From Selaginella moellendorffii (lineage: Eukaryota > Plantae > Lycopodiophyta), in contig NW_003314301.1 of the NCBI RefSeq assembly GCF_000143415.4, positions 166,097 to 230,096 on the forward strand: a stretch of 64,000 bases of DNA. The letters run 5' to 3'. Positions 35,804-48,926 of this stretch are shown one piece after another. Below the pieces are notes generated by a model, which did no database searches, was not told the origin of the DNA, and saw nothing but the letters and a program-made list of their open reading frames with translations. Position 1 is the stretch's first letter; every line of letters starts with the position of its first letter. The translations under genes were made by a program, and so were the position numbers.

Positions 35804-38800
35804 AATAGGGTGCTCACAGGTCTATTCCCGACTACATCACCAGGTTTTAAGCATACTAGAAGCATTGTTGGGATCATAGAGTGGTCCAAGATGAGTAGCA
35901 GGGGATCACAGCATTCACAGTGGGTCTGTGCGGGAACTTGTAGCAAAAACTTCTAAAGAAGACATTCAGGTCTTGCTGCGAGGCATTTTTATTTGCTATG
36001 AAGCTGGAAAGAGAGCTACTTGTTGATTTAGGGATTGCCAAAGTTGATTTTGACCAAACCATCACCCCATTAGAGTCACCTTGTGCAGCTTTTTGTCCAT
36101 CAATACCAAAGCCCATTGCCATTGAACATACACCTCTGGCTATCAAGAACTTTGCCAACAAGATGTGGCAACTGAAGGAGATCATTCTTCAACAACAGTC
36201 ACATTATGACAAATTGTTCTAAGAGCTTGTGGAGTCTAGGAAAGAGACTGTTGCAACTCGGGAATGCCAATTCAAGTCCCATTGGTGCACTCACCGTGAG
36301 ACGAACACACACAACACACAGCGTTGCTCCAAGCTTCACCCAGAGCTTTAGCCTCCACCTTCTCAATGTGTCCAGAAACTTCCTATCACTGACAACTCCA
36401 CACCATCTTATGGTCCAGAGACATATCAAGAGTAGTTGGAACAACAAGCAATCAAAGCAGCCCCTTTGTCAAGCAAAGGCAAGGTACTAACCTTATCGGT
36501 CAACATGATTTTGGTAGCCAAGGAACTCTATAGATAGTAGTAGCAAACCACAGCCACTTGAGCCCAAGCAAAGAAGAAGGCAACCGCTCAGCCTGTCATA
36601 GATCCCCCGACATCAGTTGAGAGTGAATTTGTATCGGCACTAAATCCAATGACATAGAGGGTGGCTTGTAAGATCCCTTTCAAGTCACTACTCTCTACTC
36701 CTCTTGGGATGTTACCAACAGCTATTCATGTTCCAGAGGTAATTCTTCAGCAGCTAATTGACACTCCTGTCACCTTTTCACTCCAAGAAATGTTCTACCT
36801 TGTCCTTAGATTCAACCAACATTTGGAGGAGTTTTCACGATTAGGAACACCACAGAGCACCCTCTATAGGACTCTTTAAGAGGTAGATATCGTCGACATG
36901 ACAAGATATGGTGGAGATCCTGGTCCATTCTTCGTCCCGATGTAGATTGATACTTCCTCTTGCAAGATGGATGCTTTGGTTGACTCTGGTTCTAGGAGAA
37001 ATATTATCTCTCTTGAAGCTGCCCTTTCAACACAGTTACAGATCACTGAGTGCTCCTCCATTGTGCTCAAAACCTTCGCTAATCACATTGTTCCTCCAAT
37101 GGCCATTTGCTGTGGTGTCAAGGTTTTGGTGCAAGGTGTTACTTCTAAGGTAGATTTCCTTGTGGTTGACTACCAGCGTCTTCAAACATCCTATTTGAAG
37201 GACTCTATCATCCTTGGCTGCTCTTCGCAAGCTGCAGCCCATTGCACCATCGATAGTGCAAAAGGCAGGATGGAAATTAACAATGGAATCTATATCACCA
37301 CCTTTCTCAACAACTATGGCAAAGCTCTTTCTCAGCACACCCAGAAGGTTCAGGCTAAGGTGGTCTCCACACCACACTTTCCCCCTGAGCTCATAGAGAT
37401 TTTCCCTGAGTTGGCAGTGTAGTTGCCCATATATGCAATGGATGCTTTCTCATGTAATGTGATTGACATCGTTGGAAATGAGTCAGACAGCTTTGGACAT
37501 CTCTCAGTCTCACACTCTTTATTTGAGAGTAAAGCCGAGCCTCTAGCCACGCCCTCTTTATTTGATGGCAAGGCTTATAGGGTGCTAGCTTCCACATCCA
37601 GATTTTTTGAAGTGTTTCTTGATTGAGGAAGGGCTTCTTGATTTGTTTTTTGCATGGGACCAACTCTCTTTTATGGAGCTTGATGATACAGTCACTCTAG
37701 ACTAGTTCCATCTTTCACATGATGCAGACAAAGTCAATTCTCTTCAGCAATTGTCTGAGATGCCACACAGCTAGCATCTTCCACTAAAATTGTTGTAGCC
37801 AATGACTTAGAGTGTATTTTGTCATGCCATTTTTTGGAGGTGAAGGGTAACATTTAGGCAAACAACTAGCAGAAAGAATCAAGCCAATAAAATATATTGC
37901 ATGCAAGCTATATCTCTTTGACTTCAGAATTTCCTAATATGAAGCCCCCAATACACACTATCGAAATAAGTTGTAATCATAGGAGTGTCCTCTTCCTCAA
38001 AATAAAGATGCTAGGGACACCACATCTGGCAAGCCCATCTCTGGCAAGTCAAGTAAGAACATTGCTGTTGGATTCAAGGCCTTTGTCTCTTACTCTCTCT
38101 ACTTCTGATGCTTTGAGTGTGTGATCTCCAATGCAAGGACTGAAGCCAAGTATTCTACTAGTGAGGGAAGATCCTCCATTAAAGTCAAGTCCAAGTTTGG
38201 GGCTAAATCTTCAATGCAATACACTTGGATTCTTTTTGTCCCAAAAACTAGGTTGCCGGCATTGGAGTTTGGATGATTGATTCTACTGAGAACAAAGTAG
38301 CCGACCTCTCTATCACTTTGCCAGCAACATCAGCTAATGAGCAGAGTACTTAGCGGCTATCAGTGCCATGAAGTTGGCCATTGATCTCAAGTTTAGGCAA
38401 GCCACTTTCATTGGAGATGCACAACTCATTATATGCCAACTTATTGGAGAATGCTAGGTTTGCAAAGAGAACCTGAAAGAGTTATGGTAGTATGCAATCA
38501 ACCTAAAAGATGAGTTATCTCAAGTGACTTTTTGAAATGTCCCTCATGAAGAAAACTTTTGGGCAGACAAGTTATCACAACAAGCAATCACCATGATACA
38601 AGAGGCAAAAAACTCTCCCAACTCTTTGATTTCCAAGGTCGAGGAGGAATCTAAGATAGATGAGCCCTCTGAGCCCAAAGTTCCTCCAAACTCTAGGGTT
38701 CATACCATTTTCCTAAGTGATGACAAGGACCTAGTCTTTATCACCACATCACTTGCTTTAGCAAATATAGCAAAGTTTTTGGACCTCCTTCACTATTTCA

Positions 38801-40208
38801 AGGATGTGTTCACTTGGGATTACAGCCAGCTTCTAGGGGTCCCCATGGACACAATCATACATAGCATCGTGCTTTCAAAGTCAGCCAAACCAATCCATCA
38901 AAAGATGAGCGTTTCAGCTTGGCAACTCACTCAGATATGAAGTTGGAGATCGAGTGACTTTTGGTAGCTAGTTTTATTTACCCTTTGGAGAACTCAAAGT
39001 GGGGGGCAAACCTTATCCCTGCATGCAAGGCAAATAGAAATCTCTGCCTTTGCATTGACTTTTGAGACTTGAACAAAGCAATTGTGAAAGGTCACTTTCT
39101 AACTCCATTTATCGATGTAATTGTGGATGAGATGGCTAGACATCATTACTATTCTTTCATGAATGGTTTTCTAGGGTACAACCAGATATTCATTCATCCC
39201 TATCATCAAGATCTTATGGCATTCCGGACACCTTAGGGGTCTTTGCTTTCAACGTCCTATTATTTAGCTTGTGTAATGCTGGAGCTACTTTTCAGCGCTT
39301 TATGACCCACATCTTTCACAACTTGATTAGAGGCACTTTGAGGGTGTATATAGATGATTTGTGCATGACCTCTGACTCTTTCAATGGCCACCTTGTGCAC
39401 TTGGAGCAGATCTTCACTCACTGCCGACAACACAGGTTTTCTTTGAACCCGGCAAAGTGTAAGTTCAAGGTGACTGAAGGCTAGTTGCTAGGATTTGATG
39501 TCTCACAAGATGGAATCAAGCCCCAGATACCCAAGGCTCAGGAGATTATGGATCAGTGCCTGTCAATCAATTTGAAGTAGCTTTGTGGTTTCCTCAGGCA
39601 AATGAGTTTCTTTCATTTTTTCCTCCATAACTATGCTGCACGTTCACGGCCTTTGATAGCTCTATTACAACACAACATTCCATTTATATGGGGTGAGATC
39701 CAACAACAAGCTTTTGAATCACTAAAACAGTACAATATATATATATAACAATCAAACTTGCTTGATTTGCCCATGCCACAAGCCACTGTGGCAAGATGCA
39801 GGTTCCATTGACAAGCAAGGCACACTTGCCTCTATTATACACCTTTAGAAAAAAGAGATAAAATACTCTTCTTTACTCAAGGTCATTGTATTGTTGTTAG
39901 TAGGCTATGAACCATTCTCTCTTGCTCTAAAAATCTCTCTTAAACTCTCCCAATCCCCTTAAGAGAACACTAAAAATTTAATTCCTCAAGAATAATCAAA
40001 ATCATTGTTCTAAAGCCATTGTGTTGCCACTAGCTAGTTGTGGATTCTCACATATAAGTTTAGAGCCACTGTGTTGCCACTAGCAAACCACAAGATCTCT
40101 TTGGAAAACACTCTCTATTTTAAGTTTTACAAAAATATTGTAATGTTGTTAAATAACTTTTTCCAAAAAGAGGTGAGGCCCAATTTATGTCACCATCCTT
40201 TTCTTTAT

Positions 40209-41309
40209 TGTAAGTGACTAAATTTTCCATTATACTTTAGTCATTTAATTACACCTTTGACCCCTAGCCATGTGGCTAGAATAAAGTTCCAATAAGCCAT
40301 ACTAGGTATCGAAGTAGGTAGTGCCACCCACACTTAGATTGGGAGTATTGACCATTTGATCTTCTAGGGGAACTAAAGTTGGTTATTAAACATTTCACTA
40401 AATTACCCACTTGTCTATCTATATTCTAACTTTGGGCTCCTCAATATCATCACCCAACACATAGGTATAACCTTCCTAGGTCATAATGGCCTTTTCTAGC
40501 CAAATTAGTTTCACTAGAGTCGAACCCCCACACTTTCCCTACTATGCTTTTGGAATCCCTTGCAGCTGCACCCTCCCAAAAGATTATCACTTTGGGCTTT
40601 CACCCTTTGACTTGTATTAATATTCGGATTTGGACTTGAACTCGGACTTGGACTCGGACTCGGACTCAATCTTGGTTTTAGCCCCGAACTCAAACCCAGT
40701 CTCGGTCTTGGCCTCGGTCTTGGCCTTGATTTTGGACCTGTTCTCGATCTTCATCTTGGACTCGACCTCAGACTCCATCTCAGTCTCCATCTCGAACTTC
40801 TTTTTGACACTTCCATATGTCACAACACTTGCCATATTTCCAAGTCCTTCTTGACACTTCATCTTGGACCCAAACATGGGTATTTCTCATCTAACTTGTC
40901 TTTTCAATTCTTTCTAATGATTTCCATAGCCCATTCTTAGCCACTAGATTTTTGCTCATATCCTTTGATTTTTGCACCAAACAATATAGGATCACAACCT
41001 TCATCCTTAAGGTATCCTTTTAGTCCCATAGTAAAGGCTCTTGCTTTGCCAAGTCTAAGGGTGTTTAACGCTAGTGAGCATCTTTAGCATTTTTTACTAT
41101 GGCCTCTATCCATGGCCCATACATAGTATTTATTGCAATTATCAAAAGTCTTCTTCTTCATGACCTAACTTTCCAACCATCCTATATGTCTTTTTTAGAG
41201 ATTACTTTCTTGGACTCACTATACCATAGCATTGTCATAGTTCATTTTTTTTACATGTCCTTCCCACTTGGTTACCTTGACCAAGTTACACTATACCATT
41301 TGTTCAAAT
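40209..41309 (-). mobile_element. Family-B LTR (deleted, decayed) with adjoining internal sequence
   Basis: Starts TGTAAGTGACTAAATTTTCC. Contains a decayed hexamer array and the CTTTGGGCTTTCACCC motif. Confidence 0.75.
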
Positions 41310-44300
41310 TGTTAGGGGAAGGAGGGGTGCCTCCCCCAATGCTCACTTAAATATAAAAAATGCTCCAATGCTTTTCACAAATGCCCCCCTTTTGCCCTTG
41401 TGGGGCAAAAGTTTTATACAAGGAAGATAAAAAATATTCTAGAAATGAGAATATTCCCTCTCTCACTCTCACACTCTCTAAGTGGCCATGCCTTAACATG
41501 CAACCACGATGGATTACATTGACTCCAGATGCTTGAAAACCCTCCGAAGAGTGTAGAGTGTATCTCTACTGCTAATGCCAAATGTTGGTAATTGTGTGAA
41601 ATGGTAGAAACTTTGAAATAAAGTGGGAAAAGAAAGAAAAGAGGTAAGTGTGAAGTTTAAAGACAGGGAGGAAAATCCAATGGGAAACCCTGTAGTCAAA
41701 TTAGACCCTGATGTAAAAGAAAAAGTGTGGAAAGAGAAAAAAAATAGAAGAAAAAGAGTGAGTATCCAAAGAACTTAACCCATACCTGGATTTCGGCTCA
41801 AGAAAGTGTAATATGCAAATGTAGCCTCATGATGATTTTAGGTATGCTCTAAAGACTGACTGAAATTGAGAAAGAAAGATAGCTAGAAGAGGGGATGCAT
41901 TGCCCAAAGGTGGTAAGTGTAGAAATGATAAAAGATGGAGTGATATGGTGGAGTGCCAAGATGGTGGTGGCACTTTGAGAAGGTGGCCATGTTTGAAAGT
42001 GTCAGGCCTATAGTCTGATGTGTCAGAATAAAGAAAATTGCAATTAAAAAAGATGGCATAGTTGCTAGATCGCTAGTAAAGAGAGGTGGCATGTGTCCAC
42101 TGAGTGCTAGAGTAGGAGAAAGTGGCTTTAGCTTTTGTGGCCTCACCTAAGAATCCACTTAGGTGCCTTGAGTGAATAGGTTCACCTGGTTGGAAGAAAG
42201 TTGCTCCAGAAAAACTAGCACGTCATCAGCAAATGGTCAGAATGATATCTAAAAAACAACACATCCAATGAAGTGATGTCTTTTGCTGCTAGTGTGTGTA
42301 TTTATGTCCCAAGTATGGTGTAAATATGACCTTAAACAAAGATGTGGATGATGGCGAAAGAATGAAAGATGCAAGATGGGCATCTAGAGGTAAGTGCGGG
42401 CAATACTGTTGGGAGTGATTGGTGATGGATCTATGAATGTAGATGATATGGAATGGGTGTGAGGAATGTGTGGGGTAGAGTAATGGTAAGGGAAGGGCCA
42501 AAAAACTTGGAACATAAACCAAGCCAAGTGAGGAACTTCTATACAAATGGCAATGCAGCCTGAGCATGACATCCAAGGCAAGAGCCATGGTCCAATGGAG
42601 AAACACCCTCTAAAAGTAAAAAAATAAACCATGAAAGTAAAGTGAAAGAAAGGAAGCAAAAGAAAAAAAAGATAAGAGGAACACGTCACTAGATGAAGTG
42701 TTTGAGGTGAAAGTGGTTGTGAGTGTGTGGGAGCTCACATCCATCAGCATTTACTAGCACGTGTGTTCCACCTCCAATGTGTTGCTAAACAAAGTAAGGG
42801 CCAATCCAGCACGGAGAGAACTTCGAAGGTAGTGTGAATTCCTTGAGTAGAACAAAATTGCCATCCTTGAATGGTTTAGCAGACTGCACTGACTTGATCT
42901 TCTACTTTCATCGAAAGAGATGTTCAATCGTGTCTCATCGCTATTCTTCCAAGGCAAGAACCTCCAAGTCACATGCATGAAGTTTGTCCTCATCGCTAAG
43001 CTACATCATTGCCGCGTATCAAAGTGAAAGTGAGAGTGATGGCACCTAAATCTCCACTAGAAGCATAGCCTTTATCCCATAGACAAGAGAGAATGGGGTC
43101 ATAAAGATGGATGTCTTGAAAGACATCCAAAAGGCCCACAATGCTGTAACCAAGTGCTCGTGCCAACACCTTGGGTGATCCTCCACAAGCTTTGAGATGA
43201 TTGCCTTCAATATCTTGTTGCTGGACTTTTCCTGGCCACTGCACTTAGGATAGTAGCTGCTGCTCTTCACATGCTTGACCTGCAGCTGCTGGAGAAGATG
43301 CTGCATCACCTATCCAAGGAAGTCGTTGCCACGATCGGAAATCAAAACTATAGGAACTTTGAATTGGCAAACAATGTACTCATAGACAAACTTCACTGTA
43401 GACTATTGATCTACCTATCACAAAGGGATGGCCTCAACCCATTTTGTGAAATAGTCTGTCAGCACAACGATGTAGTGCTATCCTTTTGAGCTTGGTGGGT
43501 TGATCAGGCTGACAAAGTCAAGTCCCCACTCGAAAAAGGGACCCAGAGAAGTGACAAGCTGGAAAGGAAGATGTGGAACATAGCTCCAAGGGTTGAATTG
43601 TTGGCAGTGCTTACATGCCTTTGCATAGTCCAAGCTGTCCTAGTCAATCCAAGGGCAAAAGTAACCATGGCACAAGAGGAGCTGTGCTGTGACCTGTCCC
43701 AAGAAATGCCCCGCACAAGAGTGGAAAGCATGAAGGAGCTTAGGGACCTCATGTTCACCATACACCGCAACAAAATGTCCTGAGAAGTCCTCTTATAAGG
43801 GTGTCCATCGAGAAGGCAAAACCCCGCTTAGATCTCCAATGCCTTTTATTGCATTGGTGAGGAATCTACTAGGAACTTGTTTGAATCTAGGTACACTACA
43901 ATGTCCTGTAATGCTTCTTGGACCACAAAGGAGGTAGCTTCAGCAACTAGGAACTTGCTCAGATCCATCACACGCTTCCGCTGCGTATGAAAAGTTGGCT
44001 AGAACTTTTGGATGGTCACAATCCAAGATAAAGTACAAGGATCATGAACTGGTCACTGTAAAAGAAAGGTCAACAAATTAAAATAGATATGGAAATGGAT
44101 ACGGGCTCCAGCAAGAAAGTGACAAAATCATTCCAAGGTGTAAACAATAGCCACTGCTTCTTTTTCTGCATCTATGTACTTCTTCTCAATCTCCTTGAAT
44201 GAATGTGAGGAATAGTATGTTGGGTGTGGTGGCTTGCCAGGCTCTGAATGTTAGCAAAGGCATACTCCAAGAGCCTTTGTGCTAGTCGTGATATAAATTT

Positions 44301-44340
44301 CGAAAGGAAGTTGTTGTTTTGGTGGCTGGAGTATGTAGAG
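41310..44340 (-). mobile_element. Tat-like element 3' part on the minus strand: RNase H, integrase, long 3' region, short LTR (41310-41498)
   Basis: RNase H 'ILQPP...FEIY...GVCLC...YYSS...EKKY..AEKE'. Integrase 'SSYYPKCSGQ...W.EHL..ALWAF..S.KTS...TPFSLVYG' and 'WIGPY'. The LTR is an inverted homolog of 26806-26992. Confidence 0.8.
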
Positions 44341-45529
44341 TGTAAAACCCTAGAAACAGTCAGCATTTAGGGTATGACAGATGCATAAATATTCCTTAGA
44401 GAGCCAAATATAAAAAGGAAACAAGGAAGAGTTAAGCTAGGCCTCACCTTTCTTGAAGTAGTTAACAATATTTAAAAGCATTTAAAAGTGTTTTTAGAGT
44501 GTTTTTAGTCAGTAGTGAGAAAACTAAGAGTGCTAGTAAGCTTTCAAGAGTTTTGGAGACTATTGACAATAGGATGTCCTTAAGCAATTTTGTGAAGGAA
44601 TCTTCCCACTTGGGCACAACACAGTGGAATTTACACAACACAATGCTTTATAGCCTTGGTTCTAGTAAAAACTTTGTTATATCAAAGCAATAGGAGGATA
44701 GTTACAAACCCAATTGGATCTTGCAAACTAAGAATTAAGGCACCACTATTTTTTGGCTGGGAAAAGTTTATAGTGAACATGATTTTTTAAATCTGTCTAA
44801 CTAAGGGGCTCATTAAATCCTTAAATCTCTATTTGGAACTCTAGTATTCTTATTATGAGTTAGATTGTTCCCCCTTATTGGGCAGCATAAGCACACCTAA
44901 TGACACTAACAACCTTCCTTCTGAAGTCTTGGCTTGTTCCCAAACTGCATGTTTTGTTTCTGTTTTACTAGTCTACAGATTGCAGTGGAATAAAATTAGA
45001 TTGCTGCTCAGAAGCCTAGATTCATGGACATTAGAATGGCTTTAGAACTTTTTGCATGAACCTATTGGCCACTAAGTTTCTTGCGCTTAGGCCTAGTTCT
45101 TTTTCTGAAGGCTAATCACGAGTTTCTTGGCAAAGAGCAGGGACAGGCGATTTAAAGAGACTGACCTTCAAGATCCCAATCAAGTTGAGCACCTTGAGCA
45201 GAAGGAGATCACAGCTTGGCCTTTAGTGTCGCAATCAAGGGCAATACCCGGTTGTGGCATGGCTTGGCCTTTAGAAGGGCAATAAATCCACAATGACAGT
45301 GTATTCCTATAACCATGCACGCTACAATGTGCTTCCTGGGCTCCCAAAATTTGGAGACTCACATTAAAAAACACTTTGTACTGAGAAATGGGAGAAGAAG
45401 CCATACTGAAGTACGAGACTCCAGTATAGGTTCTTTAACACTATAGAAATCAACAATCATCTTATACCTTCGATCTTATGCTTTACGGAAAGATATGAAT
45501 TAAACTCATCAAATTTTGAATAATACCAA

Positions 45530-45845
45530 GATTTAAGCAGAAAACAAATTGAGGTGCTCCATGATCTGGAATGCTAGGATTTAATACAAAGACAACTTTT
45601 GCAACCTGAGTGACTCTAGGATGCATCAAAGTTCCAGCCCACAAAGTTTGAGCAAATAGTGTGTTCCTTGCTGGACAAAGAGGAGCTTGGTTGCTCAGGC
45701 TGGATTGACACCCTATGGAGTCTGTCCTTGCAAAGGAGACTCTAAGAGTGTTGATTCCTGGGAAGACATCAACATTTGCATTGGTGACGATGCTTGTACT
45801 TGGTGTTCCCAGGATCCCTGAGTCCCTGGAACATGAAATCACTGC
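45530..45845 (-). pseudogene. Germin-like protein pseudogene fragment
   Basis: 'IVTNANVDVFPGINTLRVSFART', 'NTLFAQTL' and 'VTQVAKVVF' match the gene at 47958, with deletions and frameshifts. Confidence 0.8.
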
Positions 45846-46022
45846 CACTAACGTGGTTATTGTTGAGAATCCCAAGCTCTTCCAGACCATACCAGAGCTT
45901 CCCAATCGTGGTCACAGCATTGGTCCCCGATCGTCAAAGTAAGCTTAACCACAAACTTTAGAATGGAATCAATGCAGGAAGATTCTATATGTACTTGTCT
46001 GATGGAAAAGACGGAAGTTACA

Positions 46023-47329
46023 TTAAGATACGAAGTTCTTTCCCAGCTGTGGAAACTCTTGGGGGCTGTTGATGCTCGGGCTTAGAGCGTCTCCTCCTCC
46101 AGCGGCCGAGTAGCGAGCTCCAGAGGGCGATTGGAATCCACTCCCTCGTCCTCGCCCTCTTCCACCGCGAGGGCTTCCATCAGCTGGTCTCAGGAACTCG
46201 TTGATATTGATTGCCTGTGTTAAAGAAGAATCGATTGTTGATATCGACAAGAACAAAGGGAAGAAACAGCGCACCTTCTTAGATTTCTCGTCTCTTTCGG
46301 CCGCGTCCTTCTTCTTGAGCTTATCTTTGTCAGATCCCTGTGCGTTTTGGACGATTGTGTTAGAGATCACGAGATCCTGGTAAATGTTAACAAAAGATCG
46401 CCAGACCAGTTTGATAAAGACGTCGGCATCGTTCTTCTTGTCCACTAGCTGCATCGCTCTGAGCTCACTGTCGGCTTCCACTTTGCGTTCCTCGGCTTTC
46501 TGGTGACCCCCGATGCTCTTGCGCCGCTCCTGCACTATCTTCTCATACTCATCCAGTGTCATCTCCTGACAAAACCATTTCCATTCACACGCCATCTCCT
46601 TCGTAAAAAAACAAGGAAAGAGTAAACTTACTTTTTCTTCCGGTGCTTCCTCTTTTTTGTCTTCGGTGTTCTTGTCAGTCTCTTGCGAGGCATCCGGAGG
46701 AGGAGCTACAACTTGCTCAAACTTGCTCCCAGCAACCTCTCTAGTTTTCACGAAGAACAAACAAAGTGAGCGACAGAGAAGAGGGAAAATAAAAACAGAT
46801 CGAAAAGCTTACGGTGGCGCGCCCCCGCTGCGTTGCTCATCTGGAGGATAGAAGCCTCCTCTACCTCCTCCACCTCGTCCTTGGCGATCTCTCCCACCAT
46901 CAAAACTTCGTTCACCGTCGGAAGCAAAGCTCCTGTTGTAGTAACCCCCTCGGCCTCCTCCGCGACCACCTCGATCGCTGTGATCACGGTCGCGATCACT
47001 GGCAGAATCTCCTCCAGCCACGAGATTCTCGCGGCCCCTTCCAGCCCTTCCACGGCCGCGGCCACGACCGGCCTGGGCTTCCTTCTCAGCCCTCACTGGA
47101 GCAGTAAGAAAATTTCCGGAAACGCTTAGAGCTCGCAGATCGAAGAGGACTTACCGGATTCGGCCGGAGGAAGAGGCTTGGAAGGAAGCTTTGCATGATG
47201 GAGATCCTTCTTGGGCGAGGATTTGCTTGGAGCTGGAGGCGCCGCCGCGGTGGCAGCCGTGCTGTACTTCGCTACAGGATCCTCGTCCTCATCGTCGCCC
47301 AACAGCGCAAATCGATTGAAAGCAGCCAT
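46023..47329 (-). CDS. RGG-repeat RNA-binding protein (Stm1/HABP4-SERBP1 family, Arabidopsis RGGA-like), multi-exon
   Basis: 'MAAFNRFALLGDDEDED', 'KLPSKPLPPA', RGG/RGRG tracts, 'EMTLDEYEK', 'ININEFLRP', C-terminal 'QEFPQLG'. Short GT-AG introns and an upstream telo-box (~47446). Confidence 0.9.
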
Positions 47330-47834
47330 TTCGAGGCAAAATCAGCTGGATGCCCCAAGATTCTCACATTTGCCGGCGAGGTGGGAGAAATGCGCTATCC
47401 CGGCATGGGCAGCCGCCACATCCGCTTCCATCGCCTATCTCGAAGAACCCTAAATTTGTGTAAGAGCCCTAATTTCCATTTACATTTATTTCAAACTGAC
47501 ATTTTATTTTGAAGGAGACTCTATCCAATGCGAATTCATATTCGTGCTACCAGCAAAATCTCAAGAAATTTATGGTGTAATATCACCACATTATATTAGC
47601 ATTAAAGAATTTCTCTCGTTAATTATTATATTTTTTGGATTTTTGAGAATTGGTTTGGTTCTTTCATTTTTGGTAATGGTTTGAGACCACGACCCGATCA
47701 AACTGAAACAATCCAAGCTATGGTTTTGATCAAGTCAGTGAAATTAGCGTGTTATCCTTCTTTGTCCCCTTCAATCTTTATGCTTGACCAAGTCAGATCT
47801 GGAGTGCTTGACACTGCCAGTCGGTGACAACTAC

Positions 47835-47842
47835 TATATAAA
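47835..47842 (+). promoter_or_regulatory. TATA box of the germin-like gene
   Basis: TATATAAA ~120 bp upstream of the ATG at 47958. Confidence 0.6.
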
Positions 47843-47957
47843 CTCAAGCAAACTCCACATTTCTCCTCACTCCATTCTCCGTCAATCAAGTAGCATCACA
47901 GCAAAAAATATCAAAAGCTTTGATCAATCAGCTAAACTCTTGCTGCCAAGATACAAG

Positions 47958-48611
47958 ATGTCTTACAAGTTAGCCATTTGTCTGGTTGCCATTTGTGCCA
48001 TTGCTTTCGTCCATGGTTCAGATGAAGATGCCCTCCAGGATTTCTGTGTCCGCGACGAAAACAGCAACACCATCGTCAATGGATTCACTTGCAAGCCTGC
48101 TGCGGCAACTCTAGCCAGTGATTTCATGTTCCAGGGGCTCCGCAACCCCGGGAACACCAACAACGAGCTCGGATCCATAGTCACCAATGCAAATGTTGGC
48201 GTATTCCCGGGAATCAACACTCTTGGAGTCTCTTTTGCGAGGATTGATTATGCTCCATACGGTGTCAATCCCCCCCACGTCCACCCCCGAGGAACCGAGC
48301 TCCTCTTCCTCCAGCAAGGAACACTCTATGTTGGATTCGTGAGCACCACCAACAACACACTCTTCGCTCAAACTTTGCATCCAGGGGATCTCTTTGTGTT
48401 TCCGCGTGGTCTCATTCACTTCCAGCTCAACGTTGGGAAGACACCGGCTGTTGTTCTTGCGGGATTCAACTCCCAGAATCCGGGTGTCACCCAGGTAGCC
48501 AAAGCCGTGTTTGCATCCAATCCTCCCATTTATGACGCCGTCATCAAGAGGGCGTTCCAGATCAATCCCAAGCTCATCCAGCAGCTCAGGGACCTCATCA
48601 AGCAGACTTAA
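47958..48611 (+). CDS. Germin-like protein (cupin), intronless, secreted
   Basis: Signal peptide, 'LQDFCV', germin box 'GVNPPHVHPRGTE', 'FVFPRGLIHFQ'. Confidence 0.95.
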   Translation: MSYKLAICLVAICAIAFVHGSDEDALQDFCVRDENSNTIVNGFTCKPAAATLASDFMFQGLRNPGNTNNELGSIVTNANVGVFPGINTLGVSFARIDYAPYGVNPPHVHPRGTELLFLQQGTLYVGFVSTTNNTLFAQTLHPGDLFVFPRGLIHFQLNVGKTPAVVLAGFNSQNPGVTQVAKAVFASNPPIYDAVIKRAFQINPKLIQQLRDLIKQT

Positions 48612-48926
48612 TCAGCTTGCTTTTGCAATGATTCTTCTGTAATTTTCAAGAATAAGATTGAATAAAGAACTTTACCTTTTCAACTGCTTAAAATATTTAA
48701 AATAACAATTAAATAATTTAAACCTGAAATATTTGTACGGCCGCTGGCTCGTTGTACGGGTCCGCTTGTAAATAACTGCCTTCACTGTCTGCTGAAGCGG
48801 GAAAACTTAAATTTTAGGGCTCGTGTGGTGCTAGGGCTAAGGGCTCCATGACAATGCCGGGGGATCCCAGCGCCATGGCAGCGATCTTGAGGTAGGGCAT
48901 TTCTCGCGTCCATCGCAAGCGGCGCC

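Larger units (their letters stand above)
26806..39733 (+). mobile_element. Tat-like Ty3/gypsy element D, 5' part (short LTR 26806-~26992, gag, protease, extra RNase HI, RT), interrupted by A2
   Basis: Gag 'LPTFSG...HINHF...FLQSLEGKEATW' (28285). Protease 'ALVDSGSRRNIIS' (36967). RNase HI-like 'FIGDAQLII.QL.GE...NVPHEENFWADKLS' (~38220-38590). RT 'FKDVFTW...LCIDF.DLNKA...GYNQI...LCNAGATFQR...YIDD' (38780-39730). Confidence 0.85.

Noticed and set aside
47784-47957. N-terminal extension of the germin ORF in the track
   Set aside because: It starts at a non-ATG codon and spans the TATA box. The signal peptide begins at the ATG at 47958.
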